DNA of 64,000 bases from Eledone cirrhosa (GCA_964016885.1 OZ024743.1:52390001-52454000), one strand, 5' to 3'. Positions 38,808-53,341 are shown, numbered from the stretch's first letter. The notes: a model not told the origin generated them from the letters alone. A program made the numbers and translations.

Positions 38808-41800
38808 TGCAAACTCTGCCAAGAGTATTGCAATCGCTTGTCAGATTCAGATGTGGGACGCTCGAATATGGCTTTTCAAGCCTGCTAGATACTTGTACTC
38901 TTTCACACACTGACGACAACTATGGATCTCCCTGGCTTGAGGTCCCGAATCAGGTTGCCCGTGAACCCTCACAACACCGTGGAGATCATAGTTAACTGGT
39001 TCTCTTTGAACATGGCTGCGACTGTGGCTCCTGAGACCAGATTTGCTCAAGCAAATTTTTCCACACTCAGGGCACTTCAATTCAATGGAGACACCGATCG
39101 TTTCGAGAGATACACCAGGGCATTGCTTACGCACATCCCTTTTGATCTTCTCGTGCTCTATGCGTCTGTACTCAAAATTATGGACCCCATCATTCACCAT
39201 TCCACGCCAAGTCTCTCTTTCAAGAGTTTCTATCTCCCAGTCAGCCATCATCAAACCAGTTTTTTGCAATGAGTCCTTTACACAATCCTTGAATCGGAGC
39301 TTTGATTTGTGAGGTTGTCTCTTACCCTTACAAAGCTCGTCATACAAGAGTTGTTTTGGGATTCGATCATCATCCATTCTGCAGAGGTGTCCATCCATCG
39401 CAAACGCCGTTGGTGGATGATACTCTCAATGCTCCGGCACTCACTTCTCTCAAGGACCTCAACATCACTCACATGCATCTGCCACTTGATACCAAGCATC
39501 TTTCTGAGACACTGCTGGTGAAACCGTTCCAGTCTGTGGACATGCCGTTTGTAGGCAACCCATGTCTCACATGCATACAGCAAAGCTGACAGTACACATG
39601 CAGCATACACTCTCACATTGGTCCTCATTGTGATTCCTCGCCTGCACCAAAGACGGTCGTTGAGCCTTCCAAATGACTCCCTTGCCTTACCAACACGTAG
39701 ACCAACTTCTGCATCCAGAGAGCAGGTCACACACAGAGTACTCCCCAAATACACAAATGTGTCAGCAGCCTTCAGCTTTTGACCATATACGTGTATGGAG
39801 GGTTCATTGAAAACTTTATCCGGAGCAGGTTGGTACATGACGACAGTCTTCTTCAGACTGATTGTCAGTCCCAAAGCATTGGAAACGCATTGGAAAAAGA
39901 ATCCATAAGGTGTTGCATGTCACTCTGGGAATGTGCAAAGAGATCACAATCATCTGCATATAAAAATGCTGATCAAGGTACTCAGTACCTTAGTGTTGGC
40001 AGTGAGACGCCTAAGGTTAAACAGCTTGCTGGAAGTGCGATATCTGAGATAGATACCGTGTTGACAATCCTTGAAGACCATGAAGAACACCATCGCGAAA
40101 TACAAGGCAAACAAAGTTGGTGCAGGTATATCACCCTGCTTGACACCATTTTCAACCGAGATTGGCTCAGACAGTTTACCTCCAACATTCACCCATGCCT
40201 GCATGTCATCGTAGAAGAGTTTCAGAATGTTCACAAACTTTTCAGGACAGCCTAATCTCTCCAAAATAACTCACAAAGCCTTCCGATTAACGGTGTCAAA
40301 TGCCTTGGTCAGATCGACAAAAACTTGGTATAAGTCCATGCGCTGCTCAATGCATTTCTCTTGAAGTTGTCTGGCCGAGATCATATCAACAGTGGCTCTG
40401 CCATTCCTAAAGCCATATTGGGACTCAGGAAGTACCTCAACAGCAATGTGCTGTATCAATCTGTCCAACAATATCCTGCACAAGATTTTCCCAGCTACAG
40501 ATACCAGTGAAAAACCACAGTTGCCACAGTCATCTTTGGCTCCCTTTCCTTTGTAAAGTACCACCATCAATGCATCTTTCCAATCCTGTGGCACATCTTC
40601 TTCATTCCAAACATTCACAAAGAGATCAGTGAGGCGGTTTAAGTAGTTATCACCAGCACACTTGAAAATCTCGACACTCAGTCCATCCATTTCAGGTGAC
40701 TTGCCACTGTTTAATTTGGCAATGGCCTTCGCCACCTCATCAAATGAAGGAGGATCAGCCATTGCCAGCTTTGTAGGTCTGGATGGAATCGACCGGATGA
40801 ACTCATCATCAATTTCTGATGGGATGTTGAGAAGCTCATCAAAGTGGTCATGCCACCTGATCAGGATTTCCTTCGGATCGATCAGAATTTCCTTCAGATC
40901 TCTGAGTAATTCATTGCCGTCCCCGGAGCGAAGTGGTGATATTCGTGAACCGGTCGGACCATACACCTCCCTGAGCAGACTGTATAGGAGCTTTGTATCA
41001 TGTCTATCTGAGGCCTTCTGGATTTCATCAGCCTTTTGGCTCCACCAGGTATCTTGCATGGCTCTCAATCGATGTTGCACACGTGCCTTGATCTGCCTGA
41101 GGGTCTGGTCATTCCTGTCAGAACGTGTCTCACACACCAATGATGTCAGCACTTTTTGTTTCTCTTCAAGCAAGGTCTCTGGATCACTGGATCATTTTCA
41201 TCGAACCAGTCTTTATGCTTTCTATTAGTATGACCCAAAACTCCAGCACTAACATCATAGACGGTTTTCTTCAATGATTCCAAAGTGTTTTCACATTCCA
41301 TGGACTCAAGGGACCTCGACAGCTCAGCTCTGACTTTCTCTGTTTTCAGACGAGCCACGTTTAGTTGTTTTGGAAGTGCAACCTTCTTCCCCCTTACTTT
41401 GGGCTTCACAACAAATTGAAACTTGGCGCGCACCAGACGATGATCAATCCAACATTCCGCGCCTCGCAATACACGAACCAATGTGATATCCCTGGTATCA
41501 CGTTTTCTCGTTAAAACGAAGTCAATAAGGTGCCACTTCTTGGAACCTGGATGCATCCAAGTGGTTTTATATTTGTCTTTCTGCTGAAAGAGCGTGTTCC
41601 CAACAACAAGATCCATCTCAGTGCACATCTGCAACAGAAGTAGGCCATTGTTATTGCGCTTACCTATCCATGCCTGTCCATCACACTCCAAGCTTCCCAG
41701 TCATTACCAACACGTACATTAAAATCACCAAGGATGACAATCTTGTCTGCGTAAGGTATACCATGGATGACCTCTCTCAAAGATGATACTTAGTTTTTCA

Positions 41801-42808
41801 TCATCACTAGCACACATAGTAGGAGCGTACACACTGACCAGAGTCACAAAGCGGTTTTGAATCAGAGGGACTCTCATGGACATTATCCGATCATTGAATC
41901 CACAAGGAAGATTTTCCAGCTTTGAGACGATTCCATTCCTGACTGCAAATGCGACCCCTACCTCCCTCCTACAACCCTCTGCTCCACCACTCCAATAGAA
42001 GGTATATCCTCCCTTCTGTTCTGTGAATTGACCCTCACCTGCCAATCTCGTTTCTGAAAGAGCAACGATGTCCATGCTATAGCGATCGAGTTCCCTCGAC
42101 ACCAAAGCAGATCTTCTTTCAGGGCGAGTTTTACTGAACTGGGAATCCAGTAAAGTTCTCACATTCCAACATCCAATATTCAGAGGTTTGAACCTCCTTG
42201 CAGTTGTAGAATGACGACCGGGCCCACGCTGCGGTGCCATGGGACACCTGCCGGGCCAGACCCTTTCACAATAAATTCCAGAGCCCTTACTGCCATTGAC
42301 CTCAAGGTTATCATCTGCCATCATAGAGTTTGGTGCACGCTTATGCTACGGCCAGCCACACGAACCTATAACAGATCCTGAACAAGCGATGGCTGTGCTT
42401 TGAAGGTATTTTAAGTGGGGAAGGGCCTTGCACGCCACCAATCCCACTCTCTGAGCATCGAAAACACTACACGAAATGGAGAACTGGTCAACATCATCGG
42501 ATGCTTTCAAAGCCGCAGGTTTTTTTTTAAGAGTTTCCCTTTCCTAGAAAGGTGTTGTGACAACAACAGGGGGCCCTTCACTCCCAGGTAAAAAAAAAAA
42601 AAAGTACTATTTGGATGGCCGTTGACATTGCTGAGTTCCTCCGCCCTTTGCCAGGTTTTGTATTTCATCCCGCAGGGTGTCCAAATGTCACCCTCCTCAC
42701 CAAGCAAGCTTGGTGGGGTTGCCGGTTTAGTCGCCGACGACCCGACCATGAGACAGGTAGTACTGGGTTACATGTTACCAGTAGCACTCGAGAGCAACCT
42801 GACACCTG
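38800..42808 (-). mobile_element. RTE-clade LINE, near full-length with 5' UTR, disrupted
   Basis: CWNVRTL, ALSETR, VYAPT, PESQYGFR, FVDLTKAFDTV, GVKQG, FVYLGS; two C-terminal C2H2 fingers (CPECGKICLSKSGLRSHSRSH; [22 protein letters not shown]); many frameshifts. Confidence 0.95.
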
Positions 42809-42855
42809 TGTGTGTATATATATATATATACACACACACACACATACACACACAC

Positions 42856-42913
<58 letters not shown>

Positions 42914-42972
42914 ACCCATTTGCAACCACGCAGCACGCCATGTTTTCATATTTTTCATATATATATATATAT

Positions 42973-43172
42973 ATTAGAAAGTGAGGTTTTTTTTACAAAA
43001 TGAAAAATAACCGAGGTGTCCAACACGAGTGAAAGTATAAAGAAAAAGAGATGAAATCGAAAATGCAACTGGAGTCTTATTTTAAAAAATATATATATAT
43101 TTATTTGGTTCCTTTACCGGTTTCGCAGTTCTTCTGCTTTTAAAAGCAGAAGAACTGCGAAACTGGTAAAGT
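42973..43172. mobile_element. Penelope-type pLTR fragment with terminal fold-back; paralog at 61457-61660
   Basis: CTTTACCGGTTTCGCAGTTCTTCTGCTTT / AAAGCAGAAGAACTGCGAAACTGGTAAAG; GAAAC-CG-GTA motif. Confidence 0.65.
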
Positions 43173-43252
43173 GATATATATATATATAGATATATATATA
43201 TATATATATCACATAAGAAACGGAGAATCAGTGGTGCGACGAATAAAATGTA

Positions 43253-43583
<331 letters not shown>

Positions 43584-43612
43584 TTCGAGTGTGTGTGTGC
43601 GTGTGTGTGTAT

Positions 43613-43764
<152 letters not shown>

Positions 43765-43824
43765 ATATATATATATATATATATACATACACATACACAC
43801 ACACACGCATATATATATGTGTGC

Positions 43825-43969
<145 letters not shown>

Positions 43970-44261
43970 TTATATATATATATATATATATATATACTAT
44001 GAAATAAATGACCGATAAGTTTTCGAAAGCAGGTACAGTGTAGTAGAAATATATAATGGGCAAATGATGACAAATGAATCAAACAAAGTAACGTTTTTCT
44101 AACCCAGTATATTTCCACAATATTTCAGGGCTAAGGTTCCCTTGTCAAATGTGAAACGAAAACAAAAAGGAACGATCGCTGTGTTCTTTCCCAACTTTCC
44201 TGTCATTTATCATATATCTCACAATGCTTCGTGTTAACTATACTACTGTATATACTTATAG

Positions 44262-44341
<80 letters not shown>

Positions 44342-44514
44342 GTATATATATATATATGTGTGTATATATATATATATGTATATATAAATATATATATATT
44401 TATATATATGTGTGTGTGCGTGTGTGTGTGTTATTCTCTTTACAGCTGCCAGTGTTCGTATGGCATTGATGTCTGTATATATATATATATATGTATGTAT
44501 ATTATATATATATG

Positions 44515-44559
<45 letters not shown>

Positions 44560-44565
44560 ATATAT

Positions 44566-44606
<41 letters not shown>

Positions 44607-44627
44607 TATATATGTATGTATATATAG

Positions 44628-44698
<71 letters not shown>

Positions 44699-45142
44699 AT
44701 ATGTATGTATATATATATGTATATGTTTGTATATATATGTGTGTGTGTGTGTGTATTTGTGTTCTGGTGTATATTTTGTTACAAATCCTATTCTACACCC
44801 CTTTACCTCAAGCTTGTATTTCTTAAAGATGTATATATCCCAATTGTATGAAGAATTTAAAAAGCAGCAGATACATTTGTGCAGCTATATTTTCACCATG
44901 TTTAGGGCGTAACACCCTTTTTTACAGGCCTGATCTGGTTACATCACACCCAAAATATCCTTATTTCATACTTCGAATCTCTTTTAGTATATATTTTACT
45001 TCATGTTAATCTATGTTAAAATAATAAGAATTATGCGCCCTTCTCACGTCTGGCGTCTGACAGAGCAGAAACTGGTGAGCCCTGATTTCGGAACAGAGAG
45101 ACATCACGATTTGACATCTTGTTACTCGCTCTAGACAATTGT

Positions 45143-45228
<86 letters not shown>

Positions 45229-45244
45229 TATATATGTATGTATG

Positions 45245-45337
<93 letters not shown>

Positions 45338-45360
45338 GCATACATACATATATATATATA

Positions 45361-45540
45361 TCCAGGATCCCGGATGAGCCCTCAGCAAGGCACGAAGAAA
45401 ACCTAAGGGCAGCAGCAACGAACTCCCTCTGGCACCAGTGGCCAACCAATACAGGCTGGAGATGAAATGTGTAGCAACAAGGGTGGTGCCCCAGCATGGT
45501 CTCAACCGGATGGTTAGAACAGGTAAAAGAGTAAAAGAAT
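45361..45540 (+). mobile_element. 3' end of a CR1-group LINE
   Basis: [16 protein letters not shown] resembles CR1-group C-termini (recognised from memory); 3' tail GGTGCCCCAGCATGG..GTAAAAGAGTAAAAGAA. Confidence 0.55.
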
Positions 45541-45541
45541 A

Positions 45542-45936
45542 TACGAGGGTAATCCCAAAAGTAAGGTCTCCAAAGCGATGGGGACGCAGAGAAACTGTTC
45601 GTACGGCTGTTGGCAACACTGTTGTGATTGGTGCTTCCTTCACTCCCAAACAAGCATGCGCGCATTTCGCTGGGATGCTCAATCTTGGCTTGGCAGCCGT
45701 TGAGAATGGAGCTCCCGTTGAACGCTACCGTCAAGTGCGAATTTCGCGCAGTTATTATATACGAGGGCAATCCCAAAAGTAAGGTCTCCTTCCGAGGAAA
45801 ACATGCGTAAAGATCGGCGGATCACTCTGGATGCATTCTGCATTTTGGTTCCTGAGGTTTCCCGAATCACCATCCACAGGATTTTAACGGAAAAGTTGCA
45901 ATATCGGAAGGAGACCTTACTTTTGGGATTGCCCTC

Positions 45937-45939
<3 letters not shown>
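45542..45939 (+). mobile_element. Nested mariner-derived elements: 180-bp mini-element inserted into a same-family left end
   Basis: TIR TACGAGGGYAATCCCAAAAGTAAGGTCTCC at 45542 and 45760, inverted at 45910-45939; transposase remnants [17 protein letters not shown] and [21 protein letters not shown]. Confidence 0.88.
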
Positions 45940-45990
<51 letters not shown>

Positions 45991-46154
45991 CTTGGGGAGG
46001 GTCATATTGTTGTAATAATATTGCCAGAAATAACAACAAAAAAAAAGCAATGGTGATGAAAGGTGTGGGTGTATACATACACACACATATATGTACATAC
46101 ATATATACATATATACATACATACATACCTATATTTATATATATATATATAAAT

Positions 46155-46167
46155 CTACATACATACA

Positions 46168-46201
<34 letters not shown>

Positions 46202-46756
46202 CATGGTGGCTGCCAACTCGTTTTCGAGTACGGCCACTACTTTATATCCATGTAGGAGAACTCCTACCGATGCACTGAACGAGTGTGACTTTTTAGTCCA
46301 GACAGCGACTTGAAAACTCTGGTACAAACACTACACTTGTGACAAATATTGACACATAGTGCTGGGCCCATGATACCATGTGATGACAAGTGCAGAGAGA
46401 TCTCCAGATATTAAAAAATGTCTGTGCCGTGAAGCTTTTATAGTGAGCAAAGGCACTGCACAAAGCCAGTCCCACTCTCTTAACCAAGATGATATTTACC
46501 AAAAAGAAGAACAAGTCAACATCATTGGATACCATCAGAGTTGCAGGTGTTATATCAGAGTTTTCCTTCTCCTAGAATTCTGCCTTGACAAAGGCTAAGG
46601 GGTCATCTCTCCCGGTGATTTTGGATGGCCATTGACTCTTAAGAGCTCCTTTGCCCTTTGACAGGTTTTGTTTTTAGTCCTGCAGGATGTCCAAAGTCAC
46701 CCTCCTCACCAAGAAACCTTGGTGGGGTTGCCAGTTTAGTCTCCAACAACCCGACA
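46155..46756 (-). mobile_element. Bipartite non-autonomous RTE derivative with (ATGT)n tail
   Basis: 46420-46756 aligns to the RTE 5' UTR at 42385-42746; 3' part is the terminal C2H2 finger plus the RTE tail. Confidence 0.88.
46264..46371 (-). CDS. Putative 35-aa single-C2H2 micro-ORF
   Basis: [35 protein letters not shown]; CX2CX12HX4H; no evidence of expression. Confidence 0.3.
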   Translation of the reverse strand: MGPALCVNICHKCSVCTRVFKSLSGLKSHTRSVHR

Positions 46757-46786
46757 TATATACATACATACATATATACATACATA

Positions 46787-49700
46787 GACAGTCAACGCGA
46801 TCAGTCGCATATTTTGGCGTGGGAGACTATTTATTAAATTTAAGATGAATACTATCTCCGACAGTAATGCCACAACTACAGTCAGGTTGAATAACTCGTT
46901 ATTCTTCTAACTATCCCTTCTGAAGACACCTTTTATTCGAATTCGTAGAGGTATCCGACTAAATACATAATTCATTTTACAAGGATTGCTACAAACAGCA
47001 TGGCTGAACACAACATCGACAATAAAATTAAGAAAGTTCCGAAGACAAATAACAAGGAAGGTAATCAAACTTTATTCAGTTTTAGCTACAGAAGAAACCG
47101 AAATTATAAATCGCATTTCTCTTGGAGTTGCGAACTTAATAATGATTTATTTAATTGTTATAAAATGGCAAAAAACAATCCCTCCATTGGCTATATGAAC
47201 AGAATAAAGCTACACTGGGACGAAATGCACCCAGAGCTAAATTATTTCACAGCGAAACAATTACGCCAACAAGCGACGTTTGTTGAACGTAAAAATAAGA
47301 TAAATATTATTAATTGTAAGTCCCCCACAACAAACATGTTATCAACAACACGTGCTACAGGTGGCCATGCTACTAGACTTCCTAGCAGCCAAGTCGAGCA
47401 GCGCCTTGAAACAACTATGCCTGTAAGAAACTTGACACCACCTGTACCATCTAATTCTACCCCGAATGCTGGGGAAACACTATCGATAATAATAATAATC
47501 GAAGAAATTTGATACCACGTGTACCATCCGAGTCTACCTCGACTATTGTGGAAAATACTATCGATAATGATAATCAAAAGTATAAACAATTGAAAATTTC
47601 CCTCAAGGGAATCTTCCAGAGAGAAATTGACTCATGTATAAATATCTCTCTTGCTGAACGTGTTAAAACGACAATGTTGAATAAAAAACCAAATAATGAA
47701 ATATTACGTGTTATTGACGAAATAGGGGGTGAATATTTACGACGGATAAAAACCCCAACATTTTGACAAATCAACGCCTGTTTTAGCAACGACAGTGAAG
47801 CATTATCTTAGTGATAGCAGAGATATTAACAAGAACAAAACACCACTAAAAATACCATCATATATAACTAAAATAGAAAAAAAGATTGCTGACCTACGAA
47901 AAAACAGGATATGTGACAATGCTCCTTACATGCAAACAAACACAAAAAAACCTCACTCCTCACCAAAAAAGAGTGAAAAATAAAATATGGACGATGTTTG
48001 GTAACAGTAGAACCAGAACTCTCCAATATAAGCTGATCACCCTCAAACAAGAATTGAGAGCTGTTAGCGAAAAACGCCGATACCTGAAGAAGGTAGATGA
48101 GAGAAAAGTGCTTAATAAAAGATTCAGACGAAACCAAACATCAGTCTATAGAGATATGAAGGGCAAAATAATAAGTGTCACTGAGGCCCCATCCCAGAAA
48201 GACATAGATTCCTTTTGGAGAAAAATATGGGGGGAAAAGAAGAATTTCAACCAAGATGTAGTGTGGCTAAGAGAAATCTGAAAGAACTATTGCTCCTACA
48301 CTACAACAAAAACATACGAAATAAGTGAGGGTAGCCTTGAGATTGTGATAGGAAAACTCCAAGATAAGAAAACACCAGGAAGAGACATGATTGTCGACTA
48401 CAGGTACAAAAAACTAATATTCTATCGGAGGTATCTTACTGACCTCTACCAACAAGTTCTTAAAGGAGATACACTTATACCAGAATGGTTGACATTAGCA
48501 CAAACATTACTGGTCCCCAAGAACAAAGACACCCACTTGGCAAAAAACTACCGACCCATTGCATGCCAGAACCTGATGTATAAGATGAATACAGCCTGCC
48601 TGAACCTATTCCTCCAAGATTACTGTGAAAATAATAACATCATCACAGATAACAAGCAGCTGGAAAGAAAGGGGTTTGGGGATGTGATTGAACAACTCCT
48701 AATCAACAAAACTGCGATGTCTAAGGTGTGACAACTTAGGAGGAATATGACTACAGTGGCTGGACTACAGGAAAGCTTTCGATTCTGTTCCCCACTCTTG
48801 GATGATAGAGGCCCTCCAACTTGCTAAAGTCCCAGACATTATTGTCAGAGCCATAGAGAGGCTGTCTTCTTCTTGGGCTACTATCCTAAGGTTAAAGACA
48901 GAGAGGGAGGACTCTATTTTCACTGATAAAATAAAATATTGCAGGGTTATGTTTCAGGCGGACAGTCTCTCTGATATTATTCATCTTGTCATTAAACCCC
49001 TTGCCCTTTCTGCTCAAGAAATGTGAGGGATACATCATTGGCTCACAGGAGGACAGAAATACGAACCTAACCCATAATTTCTTTGTGGACGATTTGAAAC
49101 TCTATGCCAAGAACATGGATGGGATGAAGAAAAATCTTGACCTGGTTACAACGTTCTCAAAGGATATAGGAATGGAGTTTGGCAAAGATAAATGCTCATA
49201 CATGACTGTAAAGCGGGGAAAAACAACAACCCAATCTAGCAACATTGTCATCAATGGCCTAACTGTTTCACCGATATCTGATGAAGACTGCTGCAGATAC
49301 CTGGAGATAGATGAGAACATATCCTATAATGGTATCTGTAATAAAGAACGCGTAACCAGGGAATACTACACCCGATTAAGAAAGATCTGGTCATCGGAAC
49401 TCTCTGCGCAAAACAAAACAGTGGCTCACAATGTGTTTGCTGTGCCTGTCCTAACACTAACGTTTGGAATACTCAATTGGACGATAGACGAAATCCGAGC
49501 AGTTGATGTTGGAACTCGAAAAATACTGAACAACACCGGAAACTTCCACATCAACAGTGACATAGACCGCCTTTACTTGAAACGTAAGCAGGGAGGCAGA
49601 GGCCTAACATCAGTCCAGACAACATTTGAATGTCGCATCATATCTCTCCGACAACATCTACGAACCTCGAAGCGTAGGAGCCCGTTTCTCGAGCAAGTCT

Positions 49701-50858
49701 ATCTGCATGAAACAGATAAGATCATGAGAGTTGGGAAGGAACTCCTCGAGAGATATTCCCTGTGTGATAGTCAAAAACTCACACCCAGGGATATCGCTCA
49801 GCAGTATCGCAGTGAATCCATGAACGAAAAACTGCATGCCTATCAGCAAAAAATCATGCATTGATATGTTGCCAGGAAGCTCCAGAGTGAGAGTAATATA
49901 AATAAGGAAAGTAGTCTATCTTGGACCAACAACCGCTATATTGGCTCCCACTTTGAAGGATACGCTTTTGCAATACAGGAACAGGAGATTAGCACGAAAT
50001 ACCTGATTCACAAAAGAGATAGGGATGCAGGCAAAACACCTAGATGTGATAACAAGTGCAGACTCTGCAGAACTAACATCGAGCATATCACCCATGTCAT
50101 CAGCAGTTGTCCAAAGATCATCGCGGTACTATCTACCTATGAGGCATGATGTAGTGGCCAAAACACTGTACAATGCAGTTCGTGAAAAATATAGCCCCGA
50201 TAATAAACACATTAAAAGCTACAGCAATGTGGAAGACATCCATGTACATAATATGAAAGAATACTGGTGGAATGTTCCAGTAAATGTCCCAATAAAATGC
50301 AAGCATAACAGACCAGATATTATGATATGGGACAGGGAAAAGAAAGCATGCACAGTAGTGGAAATTAGCTGCCCAGCAGATGCCAATATAATATCAAAGA
50401 TTAGTGAAAAGGAGAACATTTATGCAGAACTGATGAGAAATCTGCAGATACTCCACCCTGATTACACCTGTGATTATTGGGGCACTGGGGTATGTTAGTA
50501 ACTGCCTCAATACAAATCTTGAGAAGCTAGGCTTCAGAGGAACAGAAAGAACACAACTAGTTAGGAAATTACAAATACAATCCATTAATGGAACAGTAAA
50601 AATATGTAAAACATTCCAAAAATGTTGCATCTAATAACTAAATATACACATATACAGATGCAAAGCATATACACATGCACACATACAACTCAAAACATCC
50701 ACATCCACACATACAATAACATCCATATCTACACATGCATGCATACATATCTACCTAGTTGATGTTGTGTAAATTCCAATGAGAGAGTCTTGTGTCTATG
50801 TTAGAAACCGACTCTCTCTCTATTGGTAAAACTTTGTGAAATTATAAAACCAGAAGAA
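46787..50858 (+). mobile_element. R4/Dong-clade LINE (RT plus restriction-like endonuclease), full-length, disrupted, with TSD
   Basis: NYRPIAC, DYRKAFDSVPH, HNFFVDDLKLY, DRLYLKRKQGGRGL, CRLC..H...C, RHDVVA, NRPDIMIWD..VVEISCP; 19-bp TSD CATACATATATACATACAT at 46767-46785 and 50859-50877. Confidence 0.92.
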
Positions 50859-50942
50859 CATACATATATACATACATTTACGTATGTATATAGATATGCA
50901 TTTATACATTTGTATATATACATGCATTTATATTTACATGTG

Positions 50943-51053
<111 letters not shown>

Positions 51054-51065
51054 CTATCACAAATG

Positions 51066-51648
51066 CAATTTAAATGTTAATCGATTTTCCCCAATAGGGG
51101 GAGACATTTCATATGGGTAACACATGCCCCTGAAAAAAATGTGCAACCCTCATCTCCAGGAGTACGAACAGTTTGTACCCCTTTCCTCTCTTCCTCTTTT
51201 TCCTCAACCTACAGGCTGATATAGAGAGAAGGCCCATTTACTCGGGCCATTCTCGCCACTTTCACCCACCTTTCATAAAACTTGCTGGAGTACAGCACCT
51301 CTCTCTCTATCCTGATTGTTCTTCCAAAGTGGTATTTGAAAAAAAGAATCAGTTGTTGGCCGGGAGAAAAATGTCTGACCTCAGCCCTTTTAACCTCGCC
51401 GACCATACAACCTCTTCCGCCATAACTATCACACAAAGGAAAACCGCGTCTCCTTCGTTTTTGAAGGAGGGTGGCGGTTTGATCATGACACTGGACTCGG
51501 TGGTCAACCGGATTGGTGCCATCCGCGACAATAGTCGTTCTACATAACCCCACAGGTCGGTAACGCCCGGGCAGTGTATGAATGCGTGCGCGACGGTTTT
51601 TTCGTCTCGCACGCATCTCTGACAGATCTTTTCGAAGGGTCCCTGTTG
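51066..51648 (-). mobile_element. Tx1 LINE 3' fragment
   Basis: Ends ..VKVARMARVNGPSLYISL*, as in 36554-36898; 3' UTR similarity. Confidence 0.92.
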
Positions 51649-51720
51649 GAGATAGATAGACGTGTACCTAACACACATACACATTTCTTACTCTCTCTGT
51701 CCTTCCCTCTTTCTCTCTTC

Positions 51721-51867
<147 letters not shown>

Positions 51868-51975
51868 GTTGTTGAAAAGAACAGTGGCCTTTGACCTGGC
51901 AATAAAAACTGGAGACAAATTCTTTCTGTACCAAAACCAAGGCACACACACACAAGTTTGTGTGTGTATATGTAT

Positions 51976-52029
<54 letters not shown>

Positions 52030-52054
52030 GCGTGTGCGTGCGCGTTTATGTGTT

Positions 52055-52118
<64 letters not shown>

Positions 52119-52672
52119 TGTGTGTGTCTATCTATCTAAGTATATATATATAAGGGATACAGATATGGCATTCTCACTGTCACCAAGCTTCTCAATTCAT
52201 TCGTTGCTACTAAGTATTTTATTTTGCTACGTGGTATTTTATTTTGCAAGGTACTATTTTTCCCCTGAGTTTGTGATTTCAGAGAAAGGTAAGAAATTCT
52301 TCATATTTTGCATCTTTTGTATTTTGACTTTACATTTTCAATTGTAGAATTGTCTATCCACTCAAAATATTACAACAGCTAACAATGAAATATGGAATTT
52401 AAAAAAAAAAAGCTTTTTCGACTGAGATCAAATCTTTTTTTTTTTCAAAAATATATAATTTGAAATAGCTTGCTTTTGTTTTGGACTGAAACTTTTTGTA
52501 TTTAATTCGTGCGAGTATTTTTAAAAGATTCTAACAACTTGATTTGGCCCAGTAATCTACTGATATCAAAATCAGTAGTATATTGAAAAATGGAAAAATA
52601 GGGTAGGGAGGCGTTTCATGATTTCAAGGGGCAAAAAGGGGTGTTTGGCCGAAATGGGTTGAGAACCTTTGA

Positions 52673-52857
52673 TTTACAGTATTAACAATTGTTTCATTGA
52701 TCAGGTGAGTCTAAAGGCCGCTAATCACTCGAAATTGCGTCACTCGACCTTAAATACCGCGTGTGTCTCTGATCAAATCATCGGCATACTGGGTATTTCG
52801 AGTGATTAGCGGCCTTTAGACTCACCTGATCAATGAAACAATTGTTATTACTGTAAA
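52673..52857. mobile_element. Fold-back pLTR-type element (63-bp arms) with minus-strand hammerhead at 52677-52791
   Basis: CAGUAUg-CCGAUGA-uUUGAUCAG..CUGAUCAAu-GAAAC-AAUU-GUU-aAUACUG. Confidence 0.75.
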
Positions 52858-52924
52858 TAAAACCCTTTTTGTACAGCCGCCCATGTTATTCTTCACTCTT
52901 TCGCTACTATATATATGTATATAT

Positions 52925-53203
<279 letters not shown>

Positions 53204-53262
53204 TTGTGTGTTTGTGTGTGTTTGTGTGTGTGTGTATGTGCGTGTATGTGTGTGTGTATGTG

Positions 53263-53341
<79 letters not shown>

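Noticed and set aside
42690-42808. HDV-like ribozyme at the RTE 5' end (GGCGACTAA motif, several hairpins)
   Set aside because: I could not build P1/P2 of the nested double pseudoknot by eye; only simple hairpins such as CACCAAGC/GCTTGGTG are evident. An RNArobo search on the family consensus would settle it.
46915-46965. Hammerhead in the R4/Dong 5' UTR (CTGAAGA plus hairpin)
   Set aside because: The hairpin is not followed by GAAA and there is no stem I or III.
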